64,000 bases of DNA, taken from Candidatus Daviesbacteria bacterium RIFCSPHIGHO2_12_FULL_37_16. GTDB lineage: Bacteria > Patescibacteriota > Microgenomatia > Daviesbacterales > UBA10151. Shown here one piece after another: positions 47,540 to 58,342 of this stretch (positions within the stretch are counted from its first letter, which is position 1; each line of letters begins with the position of its first letter). The translations under genes were made by a program, and so were the position numbers. Location of the stretch: the NCBI GenBank assembly GCA_001776785.1, contig MFDF01000008.1:103097-167096 (forward strand), in the 5' to 3' direction. The notes under the pieces are model-generated. The model ran no database searches. It saw only the letters and a list, made by a program, of their open reading frames with translations, and had not been told where the DNA came from.

Positions 47540-49003
47540 TTAACATAAAATTCTCTGTTTTACAACTAATATTTTATTCAAGGTTAAATCAGTTGCATTT
47601 ACTTTGAATTCAGAAATATTTCTAAAATTTAAATAATACTCAATTATCCGTGGAGAAATTATTTCTCCTTTAATAGTAACAGGAATCCCTGGCGGATAAG
47701 GTACAATCGATTCTGCAGAAATTCTATTTTTAGCATCTTGCATATCAATCAATTCGAAAGAATTTTGATCTAAACTTTGCAATGAATAAATTTGGCTATT
47801 GGAATTAATTTCAGGGTATGGAACCTGTATTCTCCTAACCATTTTAGCATTAGATATAATCTCCTTTAACGCATCTAAAGTTATTTGCGCATCAATAAGA
47901 TTAGACTGGAATGGAACTAAAAATAAAATCATATTGAAGTTTCTGGATTCCACAATGATTCCATATTTTTCTTCAAGCTCTTTGGCAACTCTATATCCAG
48001 ATAATCCAGTTTGGCTAACATCCACAATTATTTTTGTCTGATCTTTGTCAAATACTCCAGAATCTCTGGTTTTCAAATCAGTTAATTCAACCACTCTCAC
48101 GTCTTGAATTTTCTTTATCTTTTCCTTCATAAAATTTGATAAATCTAAAACATTGCCTATTAATATTTTCCCTCTTTTTTGCAGTTCTAGTCTTGCAGAA
48201 TCCATTGAGGCTAAAAGAATAAAGGATGGACTAGTTGTATATAGATGTCTGTAACTGTTAAGTAAAATTTGTTTGTTAATTCGGTGTCCTTTAACATGAA
48301 TCATTGATGTCTGTTGCAGTGCGCCACCTTGCTTATGGGTACTTTGGGTGCAAATATCAACTCCAGCTTCCATAGCTGAAGTTGGTAAACCGTCCGAAAA
48401 ATTCAGATGCGCCCCCCATGCTTCATCGACAAAGATAATAATATTTGGCTTTACCTCCCTTACTTTTTGGACTAAAGTTCTTAAATCCAAACATAGCCCT
48501 TCGTAAGTAGGATTAGTTAAAAATAAAACATCAGGATTATATTTCTCCAAGAACTTTAAATATTCATTAATACTATTTGGTTTAAAGATCAGAAGATTTT
48601 TATCTATATGTGCAGGTAAAAACTTTAGCTCAAGGTTATAGTCTTCGCAGGCCGCAAGAAAAGATTGATGAATATTTCTTTGTGCTAGAATTCTAGCATT
48701 AGGAATCTGCTTGCTCAAAGCTCTTAAAACAATAAAATTACTTCCTGAAGTACCATTGACAGAAAAAAGTGTAAAGTCAGAAGAGTAAGCTTTAGCTGCT
48801 TCTTCGTAAACTCTTAAGAAAATACCAGATGGGTCAGATGGGTATCCCAAAGCGTGGTATGAAATGGAGATATCACTACTATAAGGGTCAATTATCTTAG
48901 AAGCAGAAGGTATTAATGAGGGTGTGCACCAGCGTATCGTTTTTCTGGTTACTTGATTTAGAATATCAGTTAAACTAAGTTCTTTTATATTTTTGCTTAG
49001 CAT
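47540..49003 (-). CDS. Orn/Lys/Arg decarboxylase (fold-type I PLP)
   Basis: VNGTS, RN.H.S, TNPTYEG, VDEAWGAH, QSTHK (PLP lysine), TTSPS...AS.D, D.TK, PYPPGIP. Confidence 0.9.
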   Translation of the reverse strand: MLSKNIKELSLTDILNQVTRKTIRWCTPSLIPSASKIIDPYSSDISISYHALGYPSDPSGIFLRVYEEAAKAYSSDFTLFSVNGTSGSNFIVLRALSKQIPNARILAQRNIHQSFLAACEDYNLELKFLPAHIDKNLLIFKPNSINEYLKFLEKYNPDVLFLTNPTYEGLCLDLRTLVQKVREVKPNIIIFVDEAWGAHLNFSDGLPTSAMEAGVDICTQSTHKQGGALQQTSMIHVKGHRINKQILLNSYRHLYTTSPSFILLASMDSARLELQKRGKILIGNVLDLSNFMKEKIKKIQDVRVVELTDLKTRDSGVFDKDQTKIIVDVSQTGLSGYRVAKELEEKYGIIVESRNFNMILFLVPFQSNLIDAQITLDALKEIISNAKMVRRIQVPYPEINSNSQIYSLQSLDQNSFELIDMQDAKNRISAESIVPYPPGIPVTIKGEIISPRIIEYYLNFRNISEFKVNATDLTLNKILVVKQRILC

Positions 49004-49009
49004 CTTTTT

Positions 49010-49624
49010 TTAAGCTGAGTCTTTTTTAGTTGCTAGTAATCCCAAGAATGTATCAGAGCATTCAGGAAAATCATATGATATTCTAGGCTTTCCAAAGAAG
49101 TTTTCTAATACCATAAATCTTGAAGGTCTACTAATACCAGTTTGGATTCCAAAGCTTCCTGTAAAATCTCCCCCATATAAAGCCACATTACTTATTTTTA
49201 AAATTTCCCCACAAGCAGCTAGACCTTCAAATGGGGTAGCCAATCTTAAAGTTAGTTTGAGCGAATCTGCAATTTCTGGTATAGATTTTCTACCCTCGGG
49301 CCCATTGAGTCTGCTTATTACTTCTAAATGCGAGACTGAAAGGTTTGATCCAGGAGCACCTTTTGGCTGGCAAATTGGGAATTTAAAAACTGCTGGGTCC
49401 AAATCTATCTCCAGCATTGCAAGCTGTCTTATAAAATCAATCCTTTTTTCTGTAAGAGTTGGAATGCTTCCTGAAAATGTTGCTAAGGCAGTAGCTTTAA
49501 TTGCTTCGTCTTCGTATTCAGAGTTACTCATCCGTAAAGCTTTAGGGAAGCCAGCATCGATTAACTTATTAGCTTGCGCTTCAAGGATCTTAATTTCATT
49601 TCTGTCAGCTGATTCGAATAACAT
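49010..49624 (-). CDS. Hypothetical protein, first gene of the decarboxylase operon (weak DUF5701-like resemblance)
   Basis: 204-aa ORF; L..AGFP.AL.MS..EY and R.AT..EG.A patterns. Confidence 0.4.
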   Translation of the reverse strand: MLFESADRNEIKILEAQANKLIDAGFPKALRMSNSEYEDEAIKATALATFSGSIPTLTEKRIDFIRQLAMLEIDLDPAVFKFPICQPKGAPGSNLSVSHLEVISRLNGPEGRKSIPEIADSLKLTLRLATPFEGLAACGEILKISNVALYGGDFTGSFGIQTGISRPSRFMVLENFFGKPRISYDFPECSDTFLGLLATKKDSA

Positions 49625-49664
49625 ATATCTTGATTAACTGAACTTTAGATCAAATTTTGAAAAG

Positions 49665-49710
49665 TGTCAAATTTTTGACAAATATATCAAAAAATGTATA
49701 AAATTATACA
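49665..49710. promoter_or_regulatory. Two TGT-N10-ACA palindromes in the divergent promoter region
   Basis: TGTCAAA-TT-TTTGACA (49665-49680) and TGTATAA-AA-TTATACA (49695-49710). Confidence 0.55.
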
Positions 49711-49726
49711 AATTGTATTAAATTAG

Positions 49727-50380
49727 ATGGTCACCATCTCTGAAGTTGTTCGGGATATAGCTTCCAACTCACCCTTTCTTGAAGAGGGTTTAGCTTACGG
49801 GGTTATAAATCTTTCAGAGTTTGCCAGAAGTATCAGGTCAGAAATTGAATTAAGACTTGGCAAAGAAGTCCAAATAGGTACTATTACAACTGCCTTAAAC
49901 AGATTTTCTAAATCAGTTAATAAAAACTACCAAATTAAAAAGCTAAATCAAATCCTAAGCCATCTCTCTGATATCACCATTAGATCCAACTTAATGTCAC
50001 TTACCTTTGCCAATTCAACTACTATTAATAACAAACAATTAGTTCTCCTAAATACAATCCAAAATAAAGAAAACGTCTTTTTGACAACTTCTATTGGGAT
50101 CTATGAAACTACACTTTTTGCAGCAGATAGTCTGGATGTATTAATAGCTGAAATTTTTGCTGAAGAAATTTTAAAAATTAAAAGAACTAATCTATCTTCT
50201 CTTACAATAATGCTTCCAAAACATGCAATTAATGTACCTGGTGTTTATTATTCAATCTTGAAAAAATTAGCATGGGAAGGTATAAATTTTATAGAAATTA
50301 TCTCAAGCTATACAGAATTAACTATCTTTTTAGAAACTAAAGATATCAACAGAGCTTTCGTAGCTATAAGGAAATTCTAA
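49727..50380 (+). CDS. HTH-like N-terminus plus ACT-domain protein (often mis-annotated 'aspartate kinase'); probable amino-acid-sensing regulator
   Basis: TI...V......PFL...L..G.IN.S..AR.I; C-terminal PG.YY.I...LAW.GIN..E.IS..TE.T ACT motif. Confidence 0.7.
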   Translation: MVTISEVVRDIASNSPFLEEGLAYGVINLSEFARSIRSEIELRLGKEVQIGTITTALNRFSKSVNKNYQIKKLNQILSHLSDITIRSNLMSLTFANSTTINNKQLVLLNTIQNKENVFLTTSIGIYETTLFAADSLDVLIAEIFAEEILKIKRTNLSSLTIMLPKHAINVPGVYYSILKKLAWEGINFIEIISSYTELTIFLETKDINRAFVAIRKF

Positions 50381-50409
50381 GCCTTCTTTTCTTACAATAG
50401 TAAAACAAT

Positions 50410-50539
50410 TTGAAGTAACTGACCGGGTGATCTGGTTGAAAACAACTAAATTGGTTAGATTTTTTGGAAGTTTATTTAGAAGAGATAATACTTCGACAAT
50501 AAAATTAAAAATTCTTTCATGTATGTCATAATTCTTCAT
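50410..50539 (-). pseudogene. Truncated four-helix-bundle protein gene
   Basis: YDIHERIFNF...L...LP......NQ..RS.TS, then loss of homology; heptamer repeats upstream (TTAGAAA/TTTGAAA). Confidence 0.65.
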
Positions 50540-50569
50540 TTGAAATTTGACATTAGAAATTAGAAATTT

Positions 50570-50773
50570 TTATACAGGCTTACCTGCAAGGCCATAATAG
50601 AGGAGATCTTTGGTAAATCCTATTGCCTGGTAAGGCCATGTTAAAACAACAGAAAAAAATCCTGGGCTAAAATAAGAAAAAGCTGACCACCTGTAATAAA
50701 GTGCAAAAATAAATGCAAAAATAAGCCCAATTACAAAATATAAAACAGCAATAGTTGAGAGTTTCTTCTCCAT
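50570..50773 (-). CDS. Small membrane protein
   Basis: 67 aa, hydrophobic, WP motif; TATAAT 6 nt before ATG. Confidence 0.55.
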   Translation of the reverse strand: MEKKLSTIAVLYFVIGLIFAFIFALYYRWSAFSYFSPGFFSVVLTWPYQAIGFTKDLLYYGLAGKPV

Positions 50774-50785
50774 GAACTAATTATA

Positions 50786-53380
50786 CTACTCTTGTGTAGA
50801 AGATGAGGCATCAGATGTTTTATCTTTAGAAGAAACTACAGTTGCTGCAGCCACCTTCTCCCCTGCCCTAACCCTCATTAAAATAACCCCCTGGGTTTGT
50901 CTTTGCAGGGTTGGTACATCTTTCAGATTAAGTTTTATAAGCTGGCCCTTATTAGATGTCATAACCAAAGTATCCACATCTTTATCTATAATTTCTGCTG
51001 TAACAATCTCTCCTGTTTTATCTGTCACCTGGGCTGCTTTAATCCCAGACCCTCCCCTCCCCTGTCTTTTCCAGGCATTTATCTTAGTCTTTTTACCCAA
51101 TCCATTCTCCATAACCACTAAAAGATCTGAATTTGGATCCTCAACCTTGTTCATAGAAACTACCTCATCAGTCTTAGAGAGTGAAATTCCCCTAACCCCT
51201 GAAGTATCCCTGTGGGTTGGCCTGACTAAATGCTCTCCAAACCTAATGGATTGTCCTTTTCTTGAAACAATTATCATGTCATCTTTACCAGTTGTTGGTA
51301 CAACCCAGGATAATGTATCTCCGCTGTCAAGCTTAATAGAAATAAGTCCATTTTTTCTGATATTTGCATATTCTTCAACAGGAGTCTTTTTAACATTTCC
51401 CATCTTTGTTCCCATAAATAAAAATTTAACAGTATCCTTAGACCTTAATGTTAAAATTGCAGTAACTTTTTCTCCCTGTTCTACATTAATTAAATTAACA
51501 ATGGCCTGCCCCTTAGCTATCCTGGAAACCTCAGGGATTTCCCAGACTTTTATCTGAAATGCCCTACCCCTGTCAGTAAAAAATAATAGGTTATCTAAAG
51601 TCTTAGTATAGAAAATATGTGAAACTGCATCCTCCTCTTTTGTGGTGATGCCTGAAACTCCTTTGCCTCCCCTATTTTGGGTCCTGAAACTCATAGGAGA
51701 CTGCCTTTTTACATACCCACCCTCTGTTACTGTAACTATAGTTACTTCATCAGCAACTAAATCCTCTTCAGAAAATTCTCCAACCTTTTGTTTGTATACC
51801 CTGGTTCTCCTGTCATCAGCATATTTGTCCTTAACTTTTAAAATCTCCTCTTTTATTACTTTTAAAATTTTCTCAGGATGTGCCAGTAAATCCTCTAAGT
51901 AGGCAATCATCTGTCTTACCAGTTTTAACTCATCTTCAATCTTTTGTCTCTCCAGTGCAGCCAGTCTCCTCAGCTGCATGTCCAAAATTGCAACAGCCTG
52001 GATCTCTGAAAGCTTAAACTTCTTCATCAAATTTTCCCTGGCTGCATCAGAGTCTTTGGATTTTCTGATCGTGTCTATAACCTCATCAATATTATCAACA
52101 GCTATCTTTAATCCCTCTAAAATATGCTCTCTGGCTTTATATTGCGCCAGTTCAAACTCAGATCTTCTTCTCACAACCACCTGTCTGTGATGAATAAACT
52201 CTTCTAAAATCCTTTTAAGAGTCATTAAGCCAGGCGCCCCATCTGAGAGTGCCACCATATTTACATTAAATACAGACTGCATTGCAGTGTGTTTATAGAG
52301 ATTGTTTAAAATAGATTGTGGTTTGCCATCCCTTTTTAATTCAACCACAATCCTCATACCTCTTCTGTCTGATTCATCCCTTAAATCTGAAATTCCTTCA
52401 ATCTTTTTCTCCTTCACTAAATCAGCAATCTTAGCAATTAAAACAGCTTTGTTAACCTGATAAGGCAGTTCTGTAACAATAATGTCAAACCTTCCGCCCT
52501 TTGTTTCTTCAATCTCAGCCTTTGCTCTCATCACAATCCTGCCTTTACCTGTAGCATAAGCAGCCTGTATCTCAGTTGCATCATAAATAGATGCCCCTGT
52601 TGGGAAATCAGGTCCTTTAATAAACTTCATCAACTCCTCCACAGAAGCTTCTGAATAAAATAAATTTGGATCCCTGAAAGTCTCAGTTGTTTGTCCTAAC
52701 TTTGCCTCAATCTCACCTTCTCCATCTGATACCTTTGATACTTTTCCTTCCTTTACAACCTTTTCTTTAAATGGATGTTCAATCATATAAATTAAAGCAT
52801 CAGAAATTTCTCCTAAATTATGGGGAGGGATTTGGGTTGCCATACCAACAGCAATACCCGCTGCGCCATTTAGTAAAAGATTTGGGATAAGAGAAGGAAG
52901 CCAAATAGGTTCCTGAGCAGTACCTGAATAGTTATCAATAAAATCAACAGTTTCTTTATTAATATCCCGCAAAAGTTCATCAGATACAGCAGATAATCTG
53001 GCTTCTGTGTACCTCATGGCTGCAGGTGAATCTCCATCTACAGACCCAAAGTTGCCCTGACCATCAACCAGCGGATATCTCATTGAAAAATCCTGAGCCA
53101 TTCTAACCATAGCGTCATAAATAGAAGAGTCTCCATGAGGATGGAAATTTTTCATAACTTCACCCACAACAGCAGCAGATTTTTGATATCTGGCAGCGTG
53201 GTGAAGGCCTTGCTGGTGCATGGCATAAACTATTCTTCGCTGTACAGGTTTTAATCCATCCCTAACATCTGGCAGTGCGCGCGAAACAATAACGCTCATC
53301 GCATAATCTAAATATGAGCGCTGCATCTCCTCAATGATAGGTGCTGGTTGTATTCTGCCTATGCCTGTATCTTCTGCCAT
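50786..53380 (-). CDS. gyrA: DNA gyrase subunit A
   Basis: [36 protein letters not shown], GyrA box QNRGGKG, beta-pinwheel repeats. Confidence 0.98.
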   Translation of the reverse strand: MAEDTGIGRIQPAPIIEEMQRSYLDYAMSVIVSRALPDVRDGLKPVQRRIVYAMHQQGLHHAARYQKSAAVVGEVMKNFHPHGDSSIYDAMVRMAQDFSMRYPLVDGQGNFGSVDGDSPAAMRYTEARLSAVSDELLRDINKETVDFIDNYSGTAQEPIWLPSLIPNLLLNGAAGIAVGMATQIPPHNLGEISDALIYMIEHPFKEKVVKEGKVSKVSDGEGEIEAKLGQTTETFRDPNLFYSEASVEELMKFIKGPDFPTGASIYDATEIQAAYATGKGRIVMRAKAEIEETKGGRFDIIVTELPYQVNKAVLIAKIADLVKEKKIEGISDLRDESDRRGMRIVVELKRDGKPQSILNNLYKHTAMQSVFNVNMVALSDGAPGLMTLKRILEEFIHHRQVVVRRRSEFELAQYKAREHILEGLKIAVDNIDEVIDTIRKSKDSDAARENLMKKFKLSEIQAVAILDMQLRRLAALERQKIEDELKLVRQMIAYLEDLLAHPEKILKVIKEEILKVKDKYADDRRTRVYKQKVGEFSEEDLVADEVTIVTVTEGGYVKRQSPMSFRTQNRGGKGVSGITTKEEDAVSHIFYTKTLDNLLFFTDRGRAFQIKVWEIPEVSRIAKGQAIVNLINVEQGEKVTAILTLRSKDTVKFLFMGTKMGNVKKTPVEEYANIRKNGLISIKLDSGDTLSWVVPTTGKDDMIIVSRKGQSIRFGEHLVRPTHRDTSGVRGISLSKTDEVVSMNKVEDPNSDLLVVMENGLGKKTKINAWKRQGRGGSGIKAAQVTDKTGEIVTAEIIDKDVDTLVMTSNKGQLIKLNLKDVPTLQRQTQGVILMRVRAGEKVAAATVVSSKDKTSDASSSTQE

Positions 53381-53382
53381 TT

Positions 53383-53401
53383 AAAAAAGCCCTTTCGGGC
53401 T
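53383..53401 (-). terminator. Hairpin plus T run between gpmA and gyrA
   Basis: Minus strand AGCCC-GAAA-GGGCT-TTTTT. Confidence 0.55.
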
Positions 53402-53450
53402 ACTTAATTATACAGTTTTTAGAGCTCTGAAACAAGGCTTTTTGAATAAG

Positions 53451-54083
53451 TTACTGCTTTCCCGCTAAAGGGTTTTTGTTTCTTATTTCCTTATTTAAAA
53501 TGGCCCCGTTCTCATCCATCTGGTAAACATAAACCTCCCCAATCCCAAACTCTAACTTTGCAATATCCTCTTCAGGTAAATCCTCAATGTATTTAATTAA
53601 AGCCCTTAAACTATTCCCTGAAGATACTAAAATTACATCCCTGTCATCCATTAAATCCTTTAAAATACGCTCCTTGTAAAAAGGGATAATCCTTTCATAA
53701 ACCTGTTTTAAAGACTCACCATGTGGGGTTGGATAATCCCAGCTTCTTCTAAGTTTTTGAAACTCTATATCTCCAATCTCTTTTTGGACTTCCCACTTAT
53801 TTTTGCCTGTATAATCACCATAATCCCGCTCATTCACTGCAGCATCTTCTATTACTTGTATATTTTCCTGATTTAAGACTTTTAGAATTACATCCAAAGT
53901 TTTTGTAGACCTTTTTAGTGTTGCAACATAAGCTTTATCAAAATTAATATCCCCTAAAGCTTCACCAGCCCTTTTTGCATCTTCAATCCCCTTTTGGGTT
54001 AAATCCACATCAGTCCAGCCCGTCCATTTACCTAATTTATTCCACTCAGATTCGCCATGTCTTACTAAAACCAGTCTGGACAT
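53451..54083 (-). CDS. gpmA: 2,3-BPG-dependent phosphoglycerate mutase
   Basis: LVRHGESEWN, TGW.DV.L, NERDYG, RRS.D.P.P.GESL, GNSLRAL. Confidence 0.92.
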   Translation of the reverse strand: MSRLVLVRHGESEWNKLGKWTGWTDVDLTQKGIEDAKRAGEALGDINFDKAYVATLKRSTKTLDVILKVLNQENIQVIEDAAVNERDYGDYTGKNKWEVQKEIGDIEFQKLRRSWDYPTPHGESLKQVYERIIPFYKERILKDLMDDRDVILVSSGNSLRALIKYIEDLPEEDIAKLEFGIGEVYVYQMDENGAILNKEIRNKNPLAGKQ

Positions 54084-55357
54084 TAACTCTTCAAACCTTT
54101 CTTAGTGTAATTACTGTTTAATTCCTCAATCCTTAGTAGTTCATTGTACTTAGCTATTCTGTCAGTCCTGGAAAGTGATCCAGTTTTTATTTGTCCGGTT
54201 CCTAGTCCAACAGACAGGTGAGCAATAGTTGTATCCTCTGTTTCACCTGACCTATGGGAAATTATTGCTTTCCATCCTGCGTTATGTGCCATCTCAACAG
54301 CCTTGATAGTTTCAGTTAAAGTCCCAATCTGGTTTAATTTAATTAATATTGCATTTGCAGTTTTTAACTTAATTCCCTTTTCTAAAAATTTGATATTTGT
54401 CACAAATAAGTCATCCCCAATAATCTGTATATTTTCTCCAAGTTCACTGGTTAATTTTACCCAGCCATCCCAATCCTCCTGGTTTAAGCCATCTTCAACA
54501 GAAACTATTGGGTATTTCTGGGAAAGCCCCTTAAGCCACTCAATCATTTGTTCTGTATCAAGCTCTTTGCCCTCTGCCTTTAAGATATATTTCCCATCCT
54601 TAAAAAACTCAGATGCAGCCACATCCAGTGCAAATACAATATCCTCACCCAATTTAAACCCTGCTTTCTTAACTGCCTCTGAAATAAACTCTAAAGGTTC
54701 TTCATTTCCGGAAACTTTTGGGGCATAGCCCCCCTCATCCCCAACATTTATTGAAAAACCCTTTTCATCTAATAATTCTCCCAGGCTATGAAATACCTCT
54801 GACCCCATCTGTATAGCTTCTGAAATGCTTTGTGCGCCAATAGGTAAGATCATATATTCCTGGATATCTGTAGCCCAATTTGCATGTCTTCCTCCGTTCA
54901 TAACATTCATCATTGGCAAAGGTAAAACTGGCTCAACTTTTTTTTGTGCCAGTGAATTTATATACATAAACAATGGGAGCTTTTGGAAGTTTGCTGCGGC
55001 ATATGCAACTGCTAAAGAAACAGAAAGTATTGCATTTGCCCCAAGATTAGATTTATTTTCTGTTCCATCAAGATCAATCAATGCCTGGTCAATCTGCTGC
55101 TGATTAGTCACCTCAAAACCATTTAACAATTTATCAATTTGACCATTTACATTTTCTACAGCCTTTAAAACTGACTTGCCGCCAAACTTTTTTGGATCCT
55201 GATCCCTAAGCTCTAAAGCTTCAAATTTGCCTGTGGATGCACCTGATGGCACAGCAGCCCTTCCTATTGTCCCATCTTCTAAAATCACATCTGACTCAAT
55301 TGTAGGATTACCTCTTGAGTCTAAAATCTGCCTTGCATGGATCCTTTTTATCTTCAC
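54083..55357 (-). CDS. eno: Enolase
   Basis: [43 protein letters not shown]. Confidence 0.98.
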   Translation of the reverse strand: MKIKRIHARQILDSRGNPTIESDVILEDGTIGRAAVPSGASTGKFEALELRDQDPKKFGGKSVLKAVENVNGQIDKLLNGFEVTNQQQIDQALIDLDGTENKSNLGANAILSVSLAVAYAAANFQKLPLFMYINSLAQKKVEPVLPLPMMNVMNGGRHANWATDIQEYMILPIGAQSISEAIQMGSEVFHSLGELLDEKGFSINVGDEGGYAPKVSGNEEPLEFISEAVKKAGFKLGEDIVFALDVAASEFFKDGKYILKAEGKELDTEQMIEWLKGLSQKYPIVSVEDGLNQEDWDGWVKLTSELGENIQIIGDDLFVTNIKFLEKGIKLKTANAILIKLNQIGTLTETIKAVEMAHNAGWKAIISHRSGETEDTTIAHLSVGLGTGQIKTGSLSRTDRIAKYNELLRIEELNSNYTKKGLKS

Positions 55358-55366
55358 AAAGTAATC

Positions 55367-55908
55367 TTACTTGGAATTTTTTGCATCATCAAGTGCCATC
55401 TCTACTAACTTTTTTGTTAAATCTGGAAATGAAATCCCTGCAGTAATTTCAACTCCTGGTAAAAATCTTTCAATAAAAAGTTTAGTATCAGCTTTTAATA
55501 CTGATGGAAAACCGAATTCTATAATTTCTCGTATTAGCTTGACACCATTAAGGTGGGAAGCTAAAATCTTCCACTTTGATGTAGGTATATTATTTGACTC
55601 ACAAAACTTCTTAAAAGAAATCTTATACCAGCCTTTTTTGAACGATCTCCAACCCCCTCCTATATATGGTTTGTTTAAAGTTTTTAAAAATTTATGAAGT
55701 TTTCCTCCCTCGCCCTCTTCACCATGAATTACAGGAAATATAACGTCAAAATTTGCAGATACATTTTTTAATTCCTGATATCCTTTCCTTAAATCAAATA
55801 TTTTTACTTTAAAATTATTTTCCTCTAAAGCTTTTTGACTTCCTTTGCAGAAATTAAGGATATTTTTCTCTCAGAAGAATCCCCTCCGCTGATTATTAAA
55901 ACCCTCAT
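55367..55908 (-). pseudogene. ddl: D-alanine--D-alanine ligase pseudogene (frameshift plus internal deletions)
   Basis: MRVLIISGGDSSERKISLISA..V, frameshift in an A5 run near 55832-55836, then FPVIHGEEGEGG, K...K......IPT, FP.VLK, IE.F..G.E.T, AGISF..L; GSS loop and EVN region missing. Confidence 0.85.
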
Positions 55909-55946
55909 GAGCTTTTAATTATTAAAAACTTTGGTAAGATAGTCAA

Positions 55947-56450
55947 ATGCAAAAAATTAAAAATTATTTAGAGAAAACAAAATCTTACTCAACCTTGAGG
56001 TTTATTTTGGAGATGACTTTTTTGGCATTTTTGTTAAAAATCCTTCTTTCTTTAGTTGTGGGAATTATTTTTACAATGCTTAATATACCCAATGATCCTA
56101 ACTTAAGCTTTGAAACAGAACTTTTAAAATTTAACCCAATTTTAATTTTAATTTTTGTGGTGTTCTTTGCCTCATTTGAAACCATCACCTCCCAGTGGTT
56201 TATCCTCTGGCTCTCTTCAAAATTTACTAAAAGTATTTTTACTCAAATTATGGTTTCATCAACAGTCTTTGGAATCCTGCACTTTGACCCAGCTTTTTCA
56301 ATAATAGTTATCCCTATTGGAATGATTTTGGCCTGGAGCTTTTTAATTTACAGAAAAAAATCTCTCTGGTCTGCCCTTTGGGTCACAACAGCAATCCATA
56401 TCCTCCACAACCTGGCAGCAGCTTATCTTCTATATTTATCTATTATTTAA
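55947..56450 (+). CDS. CPBP/Abi (CAAX-protease-like) intramembrane protein
   Basis: FE...Q, FG.LH, H..HN motifs; multiple TM helices. Confidence 0.7.
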   Translation: MQKIKNYLEKTKSYSTLRFILEMTFLAFLLKILLSLVVGIIFTMLNIPNDPNLSFETELLKFNPILILIFVVFFASFETITSQWFILWLSSKFTKSIFTQIMVSSTVFGILHFDPAFSIIVIPIGMILAWSFLIYRKKSLWSALWVTTAIHILHNLAAAYLLYLSII

Positions 56451-57783
56451 AAACTCTCTCCAAAGCTTCATTGAATTTTCTCCCCCTGTCAAATTCATTT
56501 TGGAAAAGGTTAAATGATGTAGCCCCTGGAGAAAATAAAACTGTATCTCCCATTTTGACCTCAAGTCTTAGGTCTTTTAATAATTTAGTTAAGTCATCAT
56601 AGTTGCTTCTTAAAATATCCCTGTGTTTAATAAATTTTCTTAACTCATCTGTAGCATCACCCTCTAAAAAATAAACAGCTTTTGCTGATCTGTCTATCTG
56701 ATGGGCCATCTGATCATAATTAAGACCTTTGTTCATTCCCCCGCATATCAAAATTGCATTATTAAAAGTTTTTAGAGCAGATATGGCAGCATCAGGAGTT
56801 GTAGCAGCGCTGTCATTATAGATTTTAACTCCGTTAAAAATCTTAATTAGCTGGGTCCTAAACTCTACCCCTTCAAATTCTTCAAATGCAGTGATAATTT
56901 TTTCTTTGGGAATATCAAATTTCTTAGAAACTGCAAATGCAGCAGCAAAATTTTCTAAGTTATGTTCCCCCCTTAGCTTTGGTTTAAAACCTTTTGGTAA
57001 ATCTTTTTTTGAGTATTTAATTATTTTTCCATTAAAACCCTTTAAAAACTTGGGATTATTAACTGTTTTACTGTCTGCATTAATGAAAAGAAAATCTTTC
57101 TCAGTTTGATACTTCGCGATTATTCTTTTCGCACTAATATATTCATCCATATCTTTGTAATAATTTAAATGGTCTGGAAATATATTTGTAATAATTGCAA
57201 AATAAGGAGAGACTTTTTTATCTTCAAATGCTTCCAGCTGAAAAGATGAAATTTCCAAAATAACCAGGGTTTTTGGGTTAATTTTATCTAAACTATCCAA
57301 AACAGACTTCCCTATATTCCCAGCCAAAATTACATTTGTCTTGTCTGATGACTGACGTCTGATTACTGACGACTCTTTCAGCGCCTCATATATTAATGAT
57401 GCAGTTGTAGATTTTCCTTTAGTTCCTGTTACTCCAATTATCTGTTTAGGATTTACAAACTCTAAAAAAATTCCTATGTCTGTTTGAATCTCTTTCCCTT
57501 GTTTTTTTGCATATTCTAAAAATTCATTCCCGGGTTTTATTGCCTGGTTTCTAATTATCAAATCAGCCCAGTCAATATCCCCCATCCTGTGTCCCTCTAA
57601 AACATACTCAATCTCACTAAATTCAAAAAGTTTTTCTAAAGAGGGTTTTAAAACCTTTGCATCCTTTAAATCTGTAACTCTAACCCTGGCTCCAGCTTTG
57701 GCAAAAAATTTGGCAGCCCCCACTCCCCCATCATTCAATCCTAATCCCAAAATTAATACTTTTTTATCTTTATAATTCTTCAT
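56443..57783 (-). CDS. murD: UDP-MurNAc-L-Ala--D-glutamate ligase
   Basis: GVTGTKGKSTT, GNIG, EISSFQL, DHL..Y..Y..K, NDS.AT, GG..KG, SPG.TS. Confidence 0.95.
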   Translation of the reverse strand: MKNYKDKKVLILGLGLNDGGVGAAKFFAKAGARVRVTDLKDAKVLKPSLEKLFEFSEIEYVLEGHRMGDIDWADLIIRNQAIKPGNEFLEYAKKQGKEIQTDIGIFLEFVNPKQIIGVTGTKGKSTTASLIYEALKESSVIRRQSSDKTNVILAGNIGKSVLDSLDKINPKTLVILEISSFQLEAFEDKKVSPYFAIITNIFPDHLNYYKDMDEYISAKRIIAKYQTEKDFLFINADSKTVNNPKFLKGFNGKIIKYSKKDLPKGFKPKLRGEHNLENFAAAFAVSKKFDIPKEKIITAFEEFEGVEFRTQLIKIFNGVKIYNDSAATTPDAAISALKTFNNAILICGGMNKGLNYDQMAHQIDRSAKAVYFLEGDATDELRKFIKHRDILRSNYDDLTKLLKDLRLEVKMGDTVLFSPGATSFNLFQNEFDRGRKFNEALERVFK

Positions 57784-58336
57784 TCTTTAAATATTCAGCT
57801 AACTTCTCTAATGCTATTCTTCTTGGTGAAGATATAAAATAATCCTTTACTTCCATCTCTGCTCTAGTTTGCTTAAATCCCTCTGGAATAAAAATTGAAT
57901 CAAATCCAAATCCATTCTCACCTCTGGGTTTGTCTGCAAGATTACCCTTAATCACACCCTGAAAGATATGAACTTTTACTCCATCATGATAACCCAAAGA
58001 TGTAGTAGCTGAAGCAGCTCTATTTCTGTTATCCAAAAGCTCACAAATCTTTTTATTGCCAATCTCCTGATGAAAATATTTAATAAAAGGACCTGGCAGA
58101 GCCCCAAATTCTTCAATAACTATAGATGTATCCTCAACCAAAACTGGAGCTTTTAATAGCTTAAATGCCTCACTAACTTTATGCTCTATTACTTCTTTTG
58201 GGTCCAGAGACTGAATTTCATGAAGTTCTAAGCTTTTATGGGAAACAGGATAACTAAGCATCTTACTCACCTGATCTGCCTTTCCCTGGTGGCTAGTTAT
58301 AAGTGTAATTTTTTTATGCTTTAAATCTTTAATCAT
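57770..58336 (-). CDS. rdgB: Non-canonical purine NTP pyrophosphatase (RdgB/Ham1)
   Basis: EIQ, VEDTS, LPGPFIK, RG..GFGFD.IF.P, T.AEM, S.R..AL. Confidence 0.9.
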   Translation of the reverse strand: MIKDLKHKKITLITSHQGKADQVSKMLSYPVSHKSLELHEIQSLDPKEVIEHKVSEAFKLLKAPVLVEDTSIVIEEFGALPGPFIKYFHQEIGNKKICELLDNRNRAASATTSLGYHDGVKVHIFQGVIKGNLADKPRGENGFGFDSIFIPEGFKQTRAEMEVKDYFISSPRRIALEKLAEYLKNEEL

Positions 58337-58342
58337 TAATCC

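Noticed and set aside
28478-50539. Diversity-generating retroelement (Avd-like remnants)
   Set aside because: No reverse transcriptase and no TR/VR pair with adenine-specific mismatches was seen
55371-55697. 108-aa plus-strand ORF
   Set aside because: Antisense shadow of the ddl pseudogene
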